The notes under the pieces are model-generated. The model worked only from the letters and a program-made list of their open reading frames with translations, searched no databases and had not been told where the DNA came from. Position numbers and translations under genes: made by a program. From a bacterium (GTDB lineage Bacteria; SM23-31): 64,000 nucleotides of DNA. Location of the stretch: NCBI GenBank assembly GCA_965249485.1, contig OZ252239.1, positions 2,656,001 to 2,720,000 on the forward strand, given 5' to 3'. This document shows, piece by piece, positions 49,093-58,885 of this stretch (position 1 is its first letter; every line of letters begins with the position of its first letter).

Positions 49093-51558
49093 ATGTTTAG
49101 GAATATGCTAAGTATTCTTTGCATTATGTTATTGTGTTCACAGGTAAACGCTCAATTTTCAACAATTGAGGAAAAAACTCAAGAATTAGATCGACATGAA
49201 GGATTTTTTACCTACTATTGGGATGAAAACAGCGGAAAGATATGGTTGGAAATAACTCGATTCGACGAAGAGTTCCTCATTGTCTTCTCACTACCTGCTG
49301 GTCTTGGCTCAAATGATGTTGGTCTTGACAGAGGACGTTTAGGAGGATCGAAAATTGTAAAATTTATACGGAGTGGACCAAAAGTCCTCCTTATTCAACC
49401 GAATTATGCCTTTCGCGCAACAACAAATAACGAATTTGAGCAAAAAGCCGTTGATGAAGCTTTTGCCACATCTGTCATCTGGGGATTTGAGATAGATGCG
49501 AAAGAAAGAGGTGCCGTCCTTGTTGATGCAACAAATTTCCTGCTTCGTGACGGATTCAATGCCGCCGGAACTTTACGAAATACAAATCAAGGTAATTTTA
49601 AACTCGATCCATCCCGTTCTGCATTGCTTAGACAAAATACAAAAAATTTCCCTCTCAATACAGAATTTGATGTTTTGCTGACATTTACGAGTGACAACCC
49701 TGGTAATTTTGTACGCAGTGTTGCACCGGATCCCACAGCTATTTCTCTTAGACAACACTATTCATTGGTACAGCTCCCAGATGATAATTATAATCCACGT
49801 GCTTTTGATCCCCGATCTGGTGTCGGCGGTATCAGCTTTATGGATTATGCAACTCCGATCAGCGAACCAATTGTCAAAAGATTTGCCAGAAGATATAGAC
49901 TTGAAAAGAAATATCCCAATGCAGTCATTAGCGAAGCAGTTGAACCAATTGTATATCATGTTGACAGAGGAGTGCCCGAGCCAATCCGATCGGCACTCAT
50001 TGTAGGGGCTCAATGGTGGAACGAGGCATTTGAAGCTATTGGCTATAAAGATGCATTCAGAGTCGATGTGATGCCCAAAGATGCTGATCCTATGGATATT
50101 CGGTATAACGTCATAAACTGGGTGCACCGGTCGACAAGAGGGTGGTCTTATGGCGGAGGTGTGACCGACCCGCGTACTGGCGAAATTCTCAAAGGGCATG
50201 TTTCCCTGGGATCGCTCAGAGTGCGGCAGGACTTCCTAATAGCTGAAGGGCTACTTGCACCCTACGAAGATGATTCTGACATTCCACTGGAAATGGAAGA
50301 AATGGCGCTTGCACGTTTACGGCAGCTCTCTGCACATGAAGTAGGTCACACTCTCGGTTTTCCTCATAATTACTATGCAAGCGTTAATGGAAGAGCGAGC
50401 GTCATGGACTATCCACACCCGCTTGTTACATTAGAAAATAATGGTTCTGTTGATTTATCTGACGCATATGACAATAGTATAGGTGCTTGGGATAAAGTAG
50501 CTGTTGCCTGGGCATATTCAGATTATACATCTGGTACAGATGAAAATAGGGCATTAAATAAAATAATTACAGATGCTCTCGACAAAGGAATTCTCTATAT
50601 AACCGACCAGGATGCTCGTCCACAGGGATCAGCCCATCCTTATGCTCACTTGTGGGATAATGGAACCAATGCAGTTGATGAGTTGGATCGAGTGTTGAAA
50701 GTCAGAAGAAGGGCGCTTGAAAATTTTTCCGAAAAAAACATCCGTTACGGGACGCCAATGGCAACTCTGGAAGAAGCTCTCGTACCGATTTTCCTGTTTC
50801 ATCGCTACCAGTTAGAAGCTGCAGCAAAAGTTCTTGGTGGCGCTAACTATTTTTATACACTTCGGGGTGACGGTCAGAAAACAATTAAGATTGTTCCGGC
50901 TGACGAGCAGCGGCGCGCGCTCAACATGTTACTGAGAACTCTTACTCCGACGGAGCTACTCATGGAAGAACGGATTATGAATCTCATACCGCCCAGACCT
51001 CCATCCTATGGGCAAACATCTGAGTTATTTGGAAGTTACACTGGCTCTACCTTCGATCCACTTTTTGCTGTGGAATCTGCTGCCAATATGACCATGACTT
51101 TTTTGCTGAATCGTGAACGTGCAGCACGATTAATCGAATACAATGCGCGCAACAATGATTATCCAGGATTAAGTGAAATCATTGATGCCATTGTTGATGA
51201 AACGTGGAAAGTTGGTAAGCGAGAAGGCTTGAATCAGGAAGCTCAGATAGTTGTCAACAATCTGGTACTCCATAAACTTATGGATCTTTCTGCTGATAAT
51301 GATGCTTCAACACAAGTTAGAGCAATAGCATCGTTAAAGATTGAAAACTTGCGTTTTTGGATTGAATCGCAAAGTGAAAGTATAGTAAGTGATTCACAAA
51401 AGGCTCACTATTTCTTTGCACTGCGCGAGATTGAATTATTCCAGAATAATCCTGCACAATTCAAATATTCGCAACCATTGAATGCTCCAGCAGGATCTCC
51501 GATCGGAATGCCAGATAATGCTCAGTGTGATTATGATTATTTCAACACAATATGGTAA
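49093..51558 (+). CDS. Secreted zinc metalloprotease (DUF5117/DUF4953, EcxA-like)
   Basis: Signal peptide, WNEAFE.IG, D.RYN, DPRTGEI, HEVGHTLGFPHN and SVMDY. Confidence 0.9.
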   Translation: MFRNMLSILCIMLLCSQVNAQFSTIEEKTQELDRHEGFFTYYWDENSGKIWLEITRFDEEFLIVFSLPAGLGSNDVGLDRGRLGGSKIVKFIRSGPKVLLIQPNYAFRATTNNEFEQKAVDEAFATSVIWGFEIDAKERGAVLVDATNFLLRDGFNAAGTLRNTNQGNFKLDPSRSALLRQNTKNFPLNTEFDVLLTFTSDNPGNFVRSVAPDPTAISLRQHYSLVQLPDDNYNPRAFDPRSGVGGISFMDYATPISEPIVKRFARRYRLEKKYPNAVISEAVEPIVYHVDRGVPEPIRSALIVGAQWWNEAFEAIGYKDAFRVDVMPKDADPMDIRYNVINWVHRSTRGWSYGGGVTDPRTGEILKGHVSLGSLRVRQDFLIAEGLLAPYEDDSDIPLEMEEMALARLRQLSAHEVGHTLGFPHNYYASVNGRASVMDYPHPLVTLENNGSVDLSDAYDNSIGAWDKVAVAWAYSDYTSGTDENRALNKIITDALDKGILYITDQDARPQGSAHPYAHLWDNGTNAVDELDRVLKVRRRALENFSEKNIRYGTPMATLEEALVPIFLFHRYQLEAAAKVLGGANYFYTLRGDGQKTIKIVPADEQRRALNMLLRTLTPTELLMEERIMNLIPPRPPSYGQTSELFGSYTGSTFDPLFAVESAANMTMTFLLNRERAARLIEYNARNNDYPGLSEIIDAIVDETWKVGKREGLNQEAQIVVNNLVLHKLMDLSADNDASTQVRAIASLKIENLRFWIESQSESIVSDSQKAHYFFALREIELFQNNPAQFKYSQPLNAPAGSPIGMPDNAQCDYDYFNTIW

Positions 51559-51647
51559 TACATTCAATATGTTTTCTATAATTTTGGTAGATAACTGCTC
51601 AAATGCAATCATATTTTTGCAGTGCTTATGTGGCAAAAAACTTTTAT

Positions 51648-51878
51648 TTAAACGCTAAGGTCAATACGGTTTGATCGCGGAATTTGTACTGCACTACGTC
51701 CTAATTCCTGAGCAGAAGACTGTACTTCCGACCTGACTATAGCTTTGAATTCACTTTGAGAGTCAATGTTTGAAAATCGAACTCCTCTTCTGCCAGGCTC
51801 ACGATTTAACCTCGGATTGACATTGACCCTTGCCAATTCCCCTGTTCCCACAAAACGCAATGGTTCCGTTATAGCCAT
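51648..51878 (-). CDS. Hypothetical protein (76 aa)
   Basis: RBS GAAAGGA; stand-alone ORF ending NRIDLSV. Confidence 0.6.
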   Translation of the reverse strand: MAITEPLRFVGTGELARVNVNPRLNREPGRRGVRFSNIDSQSEFKAIVRSEVQSSAQELGRSAVQIPRSNRIDLSV

Positions 51879-52025
51879 AACGATTCCTTTCTAAATACAA
51901 ATATGTTTACAGGATTATAATGCAAGGAGGGTAACAATAGCCAAATAATTGGTCAATTATATAAATTAGTTTTATAAAACGCAAGTACTTTTTATTTATA
52001 GCAAAAAATCAACTTATTTCATGAA

Positions 52026-52733
52026 TCAAATTTTTGTTTCGTTCGATTCAACACGAACGCGGTTGACTTCAATATGTGCAAGCCTCGTTGGTTCCGGAAT
52101 CCTGTAGCGTACGCAGCTTTGCAAAACAATTTCAACAGATTTGCTGATATTAATGAGATGTCCGGGTGATATAAACAATGGATTTGTGTTATCCTTACTT
52201 CTGAGTATAGCACCTATAATCTCGTTTTTGTCAATTAATTCAGTATAATTTCCCTTTCTGATTTCGGGAAGTTTACCTTCACCAATAAGCCTGCTCTTTG
52301 CACAGCCGATTGTCGGTAAATTTAGAAGTAAACCCAAATGACACGCGAGACCAAACCGTCTCGGATGTGCATAACCCTGACTATCACACATTATGACATC
52401 AGGGATTATACTGATTTTTTCAAAACATTTGATTAAAAGCGGTATTTCGCGGAAACTAAGCAGGCCTGGAATATAGGGAAATGTCGATACACCCGATGCG
52501 GTCTGTATTTCAACAGTCTCAAGCGTAGAATAATCGAGTATTACGACAGCCGCAAAAAAATAATCACTTCTCCTATTATATGAGATGTCGGCACCGGCAA
52601 TATAGTTTGGATGTGCTGGTGCAGACCGGATCAAGATTTTATCAGCAAGAGATTTTTGAATATTGACGGCTTCTTTCGGCGAGACATTCCAATCATGTAA
52701 CTGGTTAATCTTCAATAGTTTAATACCATTCAT
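52026..52733 (-). CDS. nfi: Endonuclease V
   Basis: IAGADIS, FPYIPGLLSFREIP, D.QG.AHPRRFGLACH, GCAKSRL and RIPEPTR motifs. Confidence 0.95.
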   Translation of the reverse strand: MNGIKLLKINQLHDWNVSPKEAVNIQKSLADKILIRSAPAHPNYIAGADISYNRRSDYFFAAVVILDYSTLETVEIQTASGVSTFPYIPGLLSFREIPLLIKCFEKISIIPDVIMCDSQGYAHPRRFGLACHLGLLLNLPTIGCAKSRLIGEGKLPEIRKGNYTELIDKNEIIGAILRSKDNTNPLFISPGHLINISKSVEIVLQSCVRYRIPEPTRLAHIEVNRVRVESNETKI

Positions 52734-54981
52734 TTAAAGATTCACTTACAGAATCGAGAAGATTTAGTTGAGATTCGATCCTATCAGGATTTTTGAGCCG
52801 TTCGGAGAGATAAGTATAACGAAGTTCTGTTTTATTGTTTTTGACTGCAATATTGAATGCTTTATAAGTGCCAATAAAAATCATCAACTCTTTCGCACGG
52901 GTTATTGCGGTATAGATAAGATTTTTTTGCAGCATAATATAGTGCTGTGTTGTTATGGGCATAATTGCTGCCTTGTATTCACTTCCCTGGCTTTTGTGCA
53001 CTGTAATGGCATACGCGTGAACCAATTCATTAAGGTTTTTACTGGAATACGACACTATCTTTGAATCAAAATTTATTTCAAGCTCACTGTCTTCAAAATT
53101 AATCTGTGTAATATATCCTATATCACCATTATAAACATCTTTCGTGTAGTTATTGCGCACCTGCATCACTTTATCACCGACGGCAAAAGACCTGTCGCCT
53201 TTAATCAGGGATTTCCCTTCGGTTCCGAGTGTATTCTGAAGAAGAGAATTCAAGTTATTAGCACCAGTTGCTCCCTTGTACATAGAAGTTAGTACCTGGA
53301 CATCTCTGACAGGATTGTATCCATATTTTTCAGGCAGTCGTCGTTTAATCAGGTCAGAGATTTTGCCCGGAATCTGCTCAGGATCCTGCTCATCAATAAA
53401 AAAGAGGTTCTTATTTTTTGAATTGTCAATATAAGGGACTTCCCCGCTGTTGATTTTATGAGCTGCTACTACAATATCGCTTGTTTCCTCCTGTCTGAAT
53501 ATGAAATCCAATTCAATGGAGGGAATAGCCCCTGATTCGAGTATATCTCTCAATACATTACCCGGTCCAACCGAAGGAAGTTGATCAGCATCTCCAACCA
53601 ATATTATTCTTGATTGATTTGCAATTCCGCTCAAAAGTGCCGCCATGAGCGGTGTGTCGATCATAGATATTTCATCAACTATGACCACATCTGTCTTAAT
53701 AGGACTGCGCACATTTCTGCTGAATTTCCAACTTGCAGGATCGTAATCAAGAAACCGATGGATCGTTTGGGCAGGAATCTTACAGGTTTCTTCCATCCGT
53801 TTCGCAGCTCTTCCTGTCGGTGCAGCAAGGCGAACTTCTGCAGTAGCTTTTCTGAAAAGATGCAATAACGCTTTCACGATCGTAGTTTTACCTGTACCCG
53901 GCCCGCCAGTAACAACCACAATTTTGTGTTGAAACGCTTCCAGAAGAGCTTCTTTCTGACGTTTACTGTACACAATACCATTATTTTTTTCAATAGTACT
54001 GATCTCTTTGTCAACATCAAAATCCTTGAGCTGTAATGAGGGGGTATTAAGAATTGTATTGATACGAGAAACAACATTGTTTTCAACAGCAAATAAAAAT
54101 CTTATAAATACATTGCCATTTTCTTTAGCAATTTTATTTGTTTGTGAAAGATTTTCTATACCATTTTCGATCAACTGAAAATCGACCTGAAGATATTCAC
54201 TCGCTTTCTGAAACAGTTCTTCATGCGGAAGAAAAATATGTCCTTCCTCTGCTGCTTTTTTAAGGCTGTAAATAAGTGCGGCGCTTATTCTATCGGGTGA
54301 TGTCGGTTCAATGCCAATCTTTAGCGCTATATCATCAGCTTTTTTAAATCCGATGCCCTTTATGTCCTCAGCAAGTTTATGTGTATGATTTTTAAGCACA
54401 AAAAGAGAATTGCTTCTGTATCTACCGAATATCTTTTCAGCAAGATGGAGCGGCAAATCGTTTTCAGCAAGAAATATATTTATATGCTTCAGCTCTCTTT
54501 TTTTATTCCACGATACAGTTATTTCACGGACTTTCTTATCACCGATGCCCGGAATATCCTTCAGTCGTTCTGGTTGGTTCTCGATGACATCGATAGTTTC
54601 CTTGCCAAATTTTTCAACAATAAGATTTGCGTACTTTTCTCCAATTCCCTTAAACTTCCCTTTTGTCAGCAGGTTTTTTATACCTTGTACAGAAGTCGGA
54701 ACGATAAAATCGATATGTGATGCAGTAAATTGCCATCCCCATTGAGAATCTTTTTCCCATTTTCCATGAAACTCGCCAACCTCACCGACATCTATTGACG
54801 GAAAACTCCCCACAACCGTTAATTCTTTTGCCCCTGTTCTCACTGCATGTATCTGTGCAACCGTATAGCCATTCTCTTCATTACGAAAAGTGAGCCTGAG
54901 GACAGTTCCCTGGATTCTGGTTTCATCATCCGGTGGAGTCTCATTGCTGCGGAGTCGATTTTTATTGTACTGGTACATCAC
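52720..54981 (-). CDS. recD2: ATP-dependent RecD2-like DNA helicase
   Basis: FRNEENGYTV, HhH, GGPGTGKTT, APTGRAAKR, DE.SM, GDADQLPSVG and HKSQGSEY. Confidence 0.93.
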   Translation of the reverse strand: MMYQYNKNRLRSNETPPDDETRIQGTVLRLTFRNEENGYTVAQIHAVRTGAKELTVVGSFPSIDVGEVGEFHGKWEKDSQWGWQFTASHIDFIVPTSVQGIKNLLTKGKFKGIGEKYANLIVEKFGKETIDVIENQPERLKDIPGIGDKKVREITVSWNKKRELKHINIFLAENDLPLHLAEKIFGRYRSNSLFVLKNHTHKLAEDIKGIGFKKADDIALKIGIEPTSPDRISAALIYSLKKAAEEGHIFLPHEELFQKASEYLQVDFQLIENGIENLSQTNKIAKENGNVFIRFLFAVENNVVSRINTILNTPSLQLKDFDVDKEISTIEKNNGIVYSKRQKEALLEAFQHKIVVVTGGPGTGKTTIVKALLHLFRKATAEVRLAAPTGRAAKRMEETCKIPAQTIHRFLDYDPASWKFSRNVRSPIKTDVVIVDEISMIDTPLMAALLSGIANQSRIILVGDADQLPSVGPGNVLRDILESGAIPSIELDFIFRQEETSDIVVAAHKINSGEVPYIDNSKNKNLFFIDEQDPEQIPGKISDLIKRRLPEKYGYNPVRDVQVLTSMYKGATGANNLNSLLQNTLGTEGKSLIKGDRSFAVGDKVMQVRNNYTKDVYNGDIGYITQINFEDSELEINFDSKIVSYSSKNLNELVHAYAITVHKSQGSEYKAAIMPITTQHYIMLQKNLIYTAITRAKELMIFIGTYKAFNIAVKNNKTELRYTYLSERLKNPDRIESQLNLLDSVSESLNEWY

Positions 54982-56717
54982 ATTCGTTCTAATGGTATTA
55001 TGCCAAGTTGACGCAGGCTGGTCCCAAGTACTTGACGAGCAATCCTGACAAGCCCTCCTCGTGCTGCGGTAAGAGTTTTATCATCCGGATTAAACACTAA
55101 ATGTTCGCGGTGAAATTTGTTTATCGCCCGCGCAGCATCAAATATCCACGCGGCAATACGTGCTGGATTAAGCGATTCGGCTGCATCTCGTATCACATCA
55201 GGATAAAGTGAAAGACACAATGCTAAATTGAGTTCTTCAGCATTTCCGAGCACAGTAAAATCGGTCACATTCTCGGATAGCAGATCCTTCCCTTTTCTTA
55301 ATATACTTGACAAACGGGCATACGAATACTGAGCAAACGGTCCTGTTGCACCATCAAAAGACAGAGATTCTTCAGGAACAAAGTGGATATCTTTCTGGGG
55401 ATTGGTTTTCAACATATAATACTTCAAAGCGCTGAGCGCAACTGCTTCAGAAGTATACTCAATTTCATCTTCCTCCATATCCCGCGTCCTGTCGAGTATT
55501 TCTTTTTTTGCAAGATGATGGAGTTCATCCAAAAGAGTGTCCGCATCGACAACATTGCCTTCCCGTGACTTCAGCTTGCCTTCAGGAAGATAGACCATTC
55601 CGTAATTCAAATGGTAACATTTTTCCGCCCATTCATATCCGAGTATCTTGAGTACATAAAACAAAATTTTAAAATGGAGATTTTGCTCTGAGGCAACGAC
55701 ATACACCGATTTGTCAACATTGAAATCATTAAATTTTTGAACAGCGGTACCAAGGTCCTGGGTAATATAAATTGACGTGCCGTCATTTCGTAAAAGAACT
55801 TTCTCATCAAGGTCTATCTCGCTCAAGTCGGCGACAATATCGCCAACATTGTTTTTTTTGAGAGAATTGTTTTCTAATCCCCGCAAGACAATTTCGCGAC
55901 CCTGTTGGTATGTGTCACTCTCATGGTATACCTTGTCGAATTTGCATCCCAGCCGCGTATACGTTTTATCAAAACCGCGGTATACCCAATCATTCATTTT
56001 TTTCCAGAGAGCTAAAATTTCTTCATCACCATTTTCCCATTTCTGGAGCATCTCCTGTGCTTCGTTCAGCAGATCGGGATTTTCTTTAGCCTTTTTTTCA
56101 AACATCACATAATAATCGCCTACGAAATGGTCCCCTTTCTTCCCAGATTTATCCGGAGAGTCTCCATTACCCCATTTGCTGTATGCAAGCATAGACTTAC
56201 ATATATGAATCCCCCGGTCATTTACGAGATTGACCCGGGCAACATTGTTTCCGGCAGCTTCAAGTACATTTGCAACCACCATCCCTAAAACATTGTTTCT
56301 TATATGGCCAAGATGCTGCGGTTTATTTGTATTCGGTGCGGAGTATTCGATTAATATATCTTGTTTCGGGAATGCCTGTAGTGTACCATATGAGTCTTTT
56401 TGCTCCATAATGGTGCTGTAAACCGCTTCAATAAATCCGGATGCATTGAGTTTTATATTAAGATATGGACCGGCAGCCTGAAACGAGTCAACAAAAGGCA
56501 CTAATAAGTTTTGATTCGCAAGGTCCTGTGCAATAGAAACCGGAGATTTTTTAAGTAACTTTGCTAAAGGAAAACAACCAAATCCTAGATTCCCGAATTC
56601 TGTGTCAGGGGTGGGTTCAAGCCTCATGTTTTTTTCATCAATTGAGACCGAATAAATATTTTTTATGGATTTTTGGAGTTCAGCTTCTATTTGATGTATC
56701 GGACTTAAAAATTCCAC
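54978..56717 (-). CDS. argS: Arginine--tRNA ligase
   Basis: EYSAPNTNKPQHLGH, NDRGIHICKSM, YITQDLG, KLKSREG and GPFAQY motifs. Confidence 0.95.
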   Translation of the reverse strand: MEFLSPIHQIEAELQKSIKNIYSVSIDEKNMRLEPTPDTEFGNLGFGCFPLAKLLKKSPVSIAQDLANQNLLVPFVDSFQAAGPYLNIKLNASGFIEAVYSTIMEQKDSYGTLQAFPKQDILIEYSAPNTNKPQHLGHIRNNVLGMVVANVLEAAGNNVARVNLVNDRGIHICKSMLAYSKWGNGDSPDKSGKKGDHFVGDYYVMFEKKAKENPDLLNEAQEMLQKWENGDEEILALWKKMNDWVYRGFDKTYTRLGCKFDKVYHESDTYQQGREIVLRGLENNSLKKNNVGDIVADLSEIDLDEKVLLRNDGTSIYITQDLGTAVQKFNDFNVDKSVYVVASEQNLHFKILFYVLKILGYEWAEKCYHLNYGMVYLPEGKLKSREGNVVDADTLLDELHHLAKKEILDRTRDMEEDEIEYTSEAVALSALKYYMLKTNPQKDIHFVPEESLSFDGATGPFAQYSYARLSSILRKGKDLLSENVTDFTVLGNAEELNLALCLSLYPDVIRDAAESLNPARIAAWIFDAARAINKFHREHLVFNPDDKTLTAARGGLVRIARQVLGTSLRQLGIIPLERM

Positions 56718-56783
56718 AAATACTCCTCTGTCATCATGATCTTTTCGGTGTATAAATTTACTCTTTTAAAAATGAATTGCAAT

Positions 56784-56811
56784 AAAAAACCCCGATGAAA
56801 CATCGGGGTTT
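56784..56811 (-). terminator. Rho-independent terminator after cstA
   Basis: AAACCCCGATG-ttt-CATCGGGGTTT followed by a T run. Confidence 0.75.
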
Positions 56812-56863
56812 ACCAATACACTCATACGATCATATATACCAAGTTAATCTACCGGTTTTGGCT

Positions 56864-58474
56864 CTAAGCTGAGATACGTTTAAAACCGAATCTCTTGTAA
56901 GCGAGCACTAGAAGCATAACTGCAACGACCAAAAGTCCAGTTCCGAATAAAGTCAATACATACTGTCCCTGCATAAATGTCCGTGCAATGAGAAAAACGA
57001 GCGCCGTTAACGTAACGGAAAACATAAAAATCATCGGTATGAAAGTAAAACCGAAACGAATACCTCGTCCTGCAAGCCAGATGGATGCTGCTAAAAGTGC
57101 AAGTGCTGCAAGAAGTTGATTTGCAGTGCCGAATAGGGGCCATAAAAGCTCCCATTTGCCTGAAAATGCTAATGCGGCACCAAGTCCAACCGTTACTGCT
57201 GTTCCCATAAATCTGTTTGAAAACAGGATACCAGCTTTCTGTTCTTTGCCTGGGCTAAAAAATTCCTGAAAACAGAACCTGCATAAACGTGTTGCCGTAT
57301 CAAGCGATGTTAATGCAAATGCCGAAACTGCAAGGGCGGCAAACGTTTTACCTGTTTCTTGTTGAATGCCGATGTGTGACAAAAATGTACCTATACCTTC
57401 TGAAAACAATACTACAGGCCCTTTTGCTATCAACTCACCGTATGCTGATTTTGTTATCACTGCGGCCGTCAGAATAGCTAATACAGCAAGACTGCACTCG
57501 ATCAGCATAGCACCAAAACTGATCAACTTCGCATCTTTTTCCGAATCAAGTTGTTTTGCGGTTGTTCCTGATGCAATGAGACTGTGAAAACCCGATACTG
57601 CCCCGCAGGCAACTGTTACAAATAGCAACGGGAATAACAATCCAAGGTCCTGATCAAAACTCGTATATGCTTCGAGATGGACAGTCGGGCGGGCAAATAA
57701 AATCCCGATAAATGCTCCGATCATCAGTGCATACAGCAGAAAAGAATTTAAATAATCTCTGGGTTGTAATAGGACCCATACGGGTGAAGTTGCTGCTATA
57801 AATATGTAGATAAGCATCAACACAAGCCACATCTCGAAGGATAATGAAACGGGAAATTTAAGACCAAGATAGATACATACAAAGAGAAGAACCACTCCTA
57901 ACAACGACGCAATTCCGAGCGAGACGTTCGATCTTCTCATAAACAGACCGAATAGGACTGCAAGTAAAATAAATAGAATTGATGAACTCCCTGCGCTCGG
58001 ATTGTCGACAAATGTTTTAGCAACAATGATTAGAAAAGCTGAAACAACCAGAAGAAGAGCAAAAAATGAAAATACCAGAAATAGCCGTTTGCCATCTTTG
58101 CCAATCCGCTCCTCAATAACTTCTCCAATAGACCGTCCTTGGTGGCGAATCGAAACCATGAGTGACGAAAAATCGTGTACAGCACCCATAAAGATTCCCC
58201 CAATGAGAATCCAAAGTATTACAGGAACCCACCCAAAAACGGCAGCAGTAATCGGTCCAATTATTGGCGAAGCTCCGGCAATTGACGCGAAATGATGACC
58301 GAGCAGAACCGGCTTTTTAGCGGGAACATAGTCGATGCCATCATAATGGGTATGTGCTGGTGTTTTTCTCGATGGATCTACCCCGAGTCTCTTTGAAACA
58401 AAATCACCATAATATCGATACCCAAGGAGAAGAACTATGATGGATACTACAACTATCCAAACTGCATTGAACAT
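56864..58474 (-). CDS. cstA: Carbon starvation protein A family transporter
   Basis: TPAH...DG.DYVP, GHHFASIAGA.PI.GP, LLQPRDY and ACGAVSGFH motifs. Confidence 0.93.
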   Translation of the reverse strand: MFNAVWIVVVSIIVLLLGYRYYGDFVSKRLGVDPSRKTPAHTHYDGIDYVPAKKPVLLGHHFASIAGASPIIGPITAAVFGWVPVILWILIGGIFMGAVHDFSSLMVSIRHQGRSIGEVIEERIGKDGKRLFLVFSFFALLLVVSAFLIIVAKTFVDNPSAGSSSILFILLAVLFGLFMRRSNVSLGIASLLGVVLLFVCIYLGLKFPVSLSFEMWLVLMLIYIFIAATSPVWVLLQPRDYLNSFLLYALMIGAFIGILFARPTVHLEAYTSFDQDLGLLFPLLFVTVACGAVSGFHSLIASGTTAKQLDSEKDAKLISFGAMLIECSLAVLAILTAAVITKSAYGELIAKGPVVLFSEGIGTFLSHIGIQQETGKTFAALAVSAFALTSLDTATRLCRFCFQEFFSPGKEQKAGILFSNRFMGTAVTVGLGAALAFSGKWELLWPLFGTANQLLAALALLAASIWLAGRGIRFGFTFIPMIFMFSVTLTALVFLIARTFMQGQYVLTLFGTGLLVVAVMLLVLAYKRFGFKRISA

Positions 58475-58538
58475 TTATATTCCTTACATGTTGGTCATTT
58501 TATTCTGTTATATTAACTTTTTACGGCAAAGGAAGACT

Positions 58539-58871
58539 TTATCCTTCAGTAACATTATTTTCCATCCATTGCAGATATTTTGCATTTCCGCCCTGTATTT
58601 CTACACTGATTATTTCAGGTACTTTATAGCTGTGAAGCGACAGCACAGTCTTAACAATTGATGACTCTGCAGATTTCAGTGATTTAATCATGAGAAGTAC
58701 TTCTCCGTCTTCGGATATTGTATCATCCCACCAATATATGGACTGTATTGCTGGCATAATACTACAGCATGCTGCCAGCCGTTTTTTAACTAATTCTTTT
58801 CCGATTTTCGCAGCTTCATCAGTCGAGCTTGTCGTAACATACACGATTATTTTACCACTATTTTTTGTCAT
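58539..58871 (-). CDS. cutA: Divalent-cation tolerance protein CutA
   Basis: LVKKRLAAC, SIYWW and HSYKVPEII motifs. Confidence 0.92.
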   Translation of the reverse strand: MTKNSGKIIVYVTTSSTDEAAKIGKELVKKRLAACCSIMPAIQSIYWWDDTISEDGEVLLMIKSLKSAESSIVKTVLSLHSYKVPEIISVEIQGGNAKYLQWMENNVTEG

Positions 58872-58885
58872 GGATATCCCTATAT

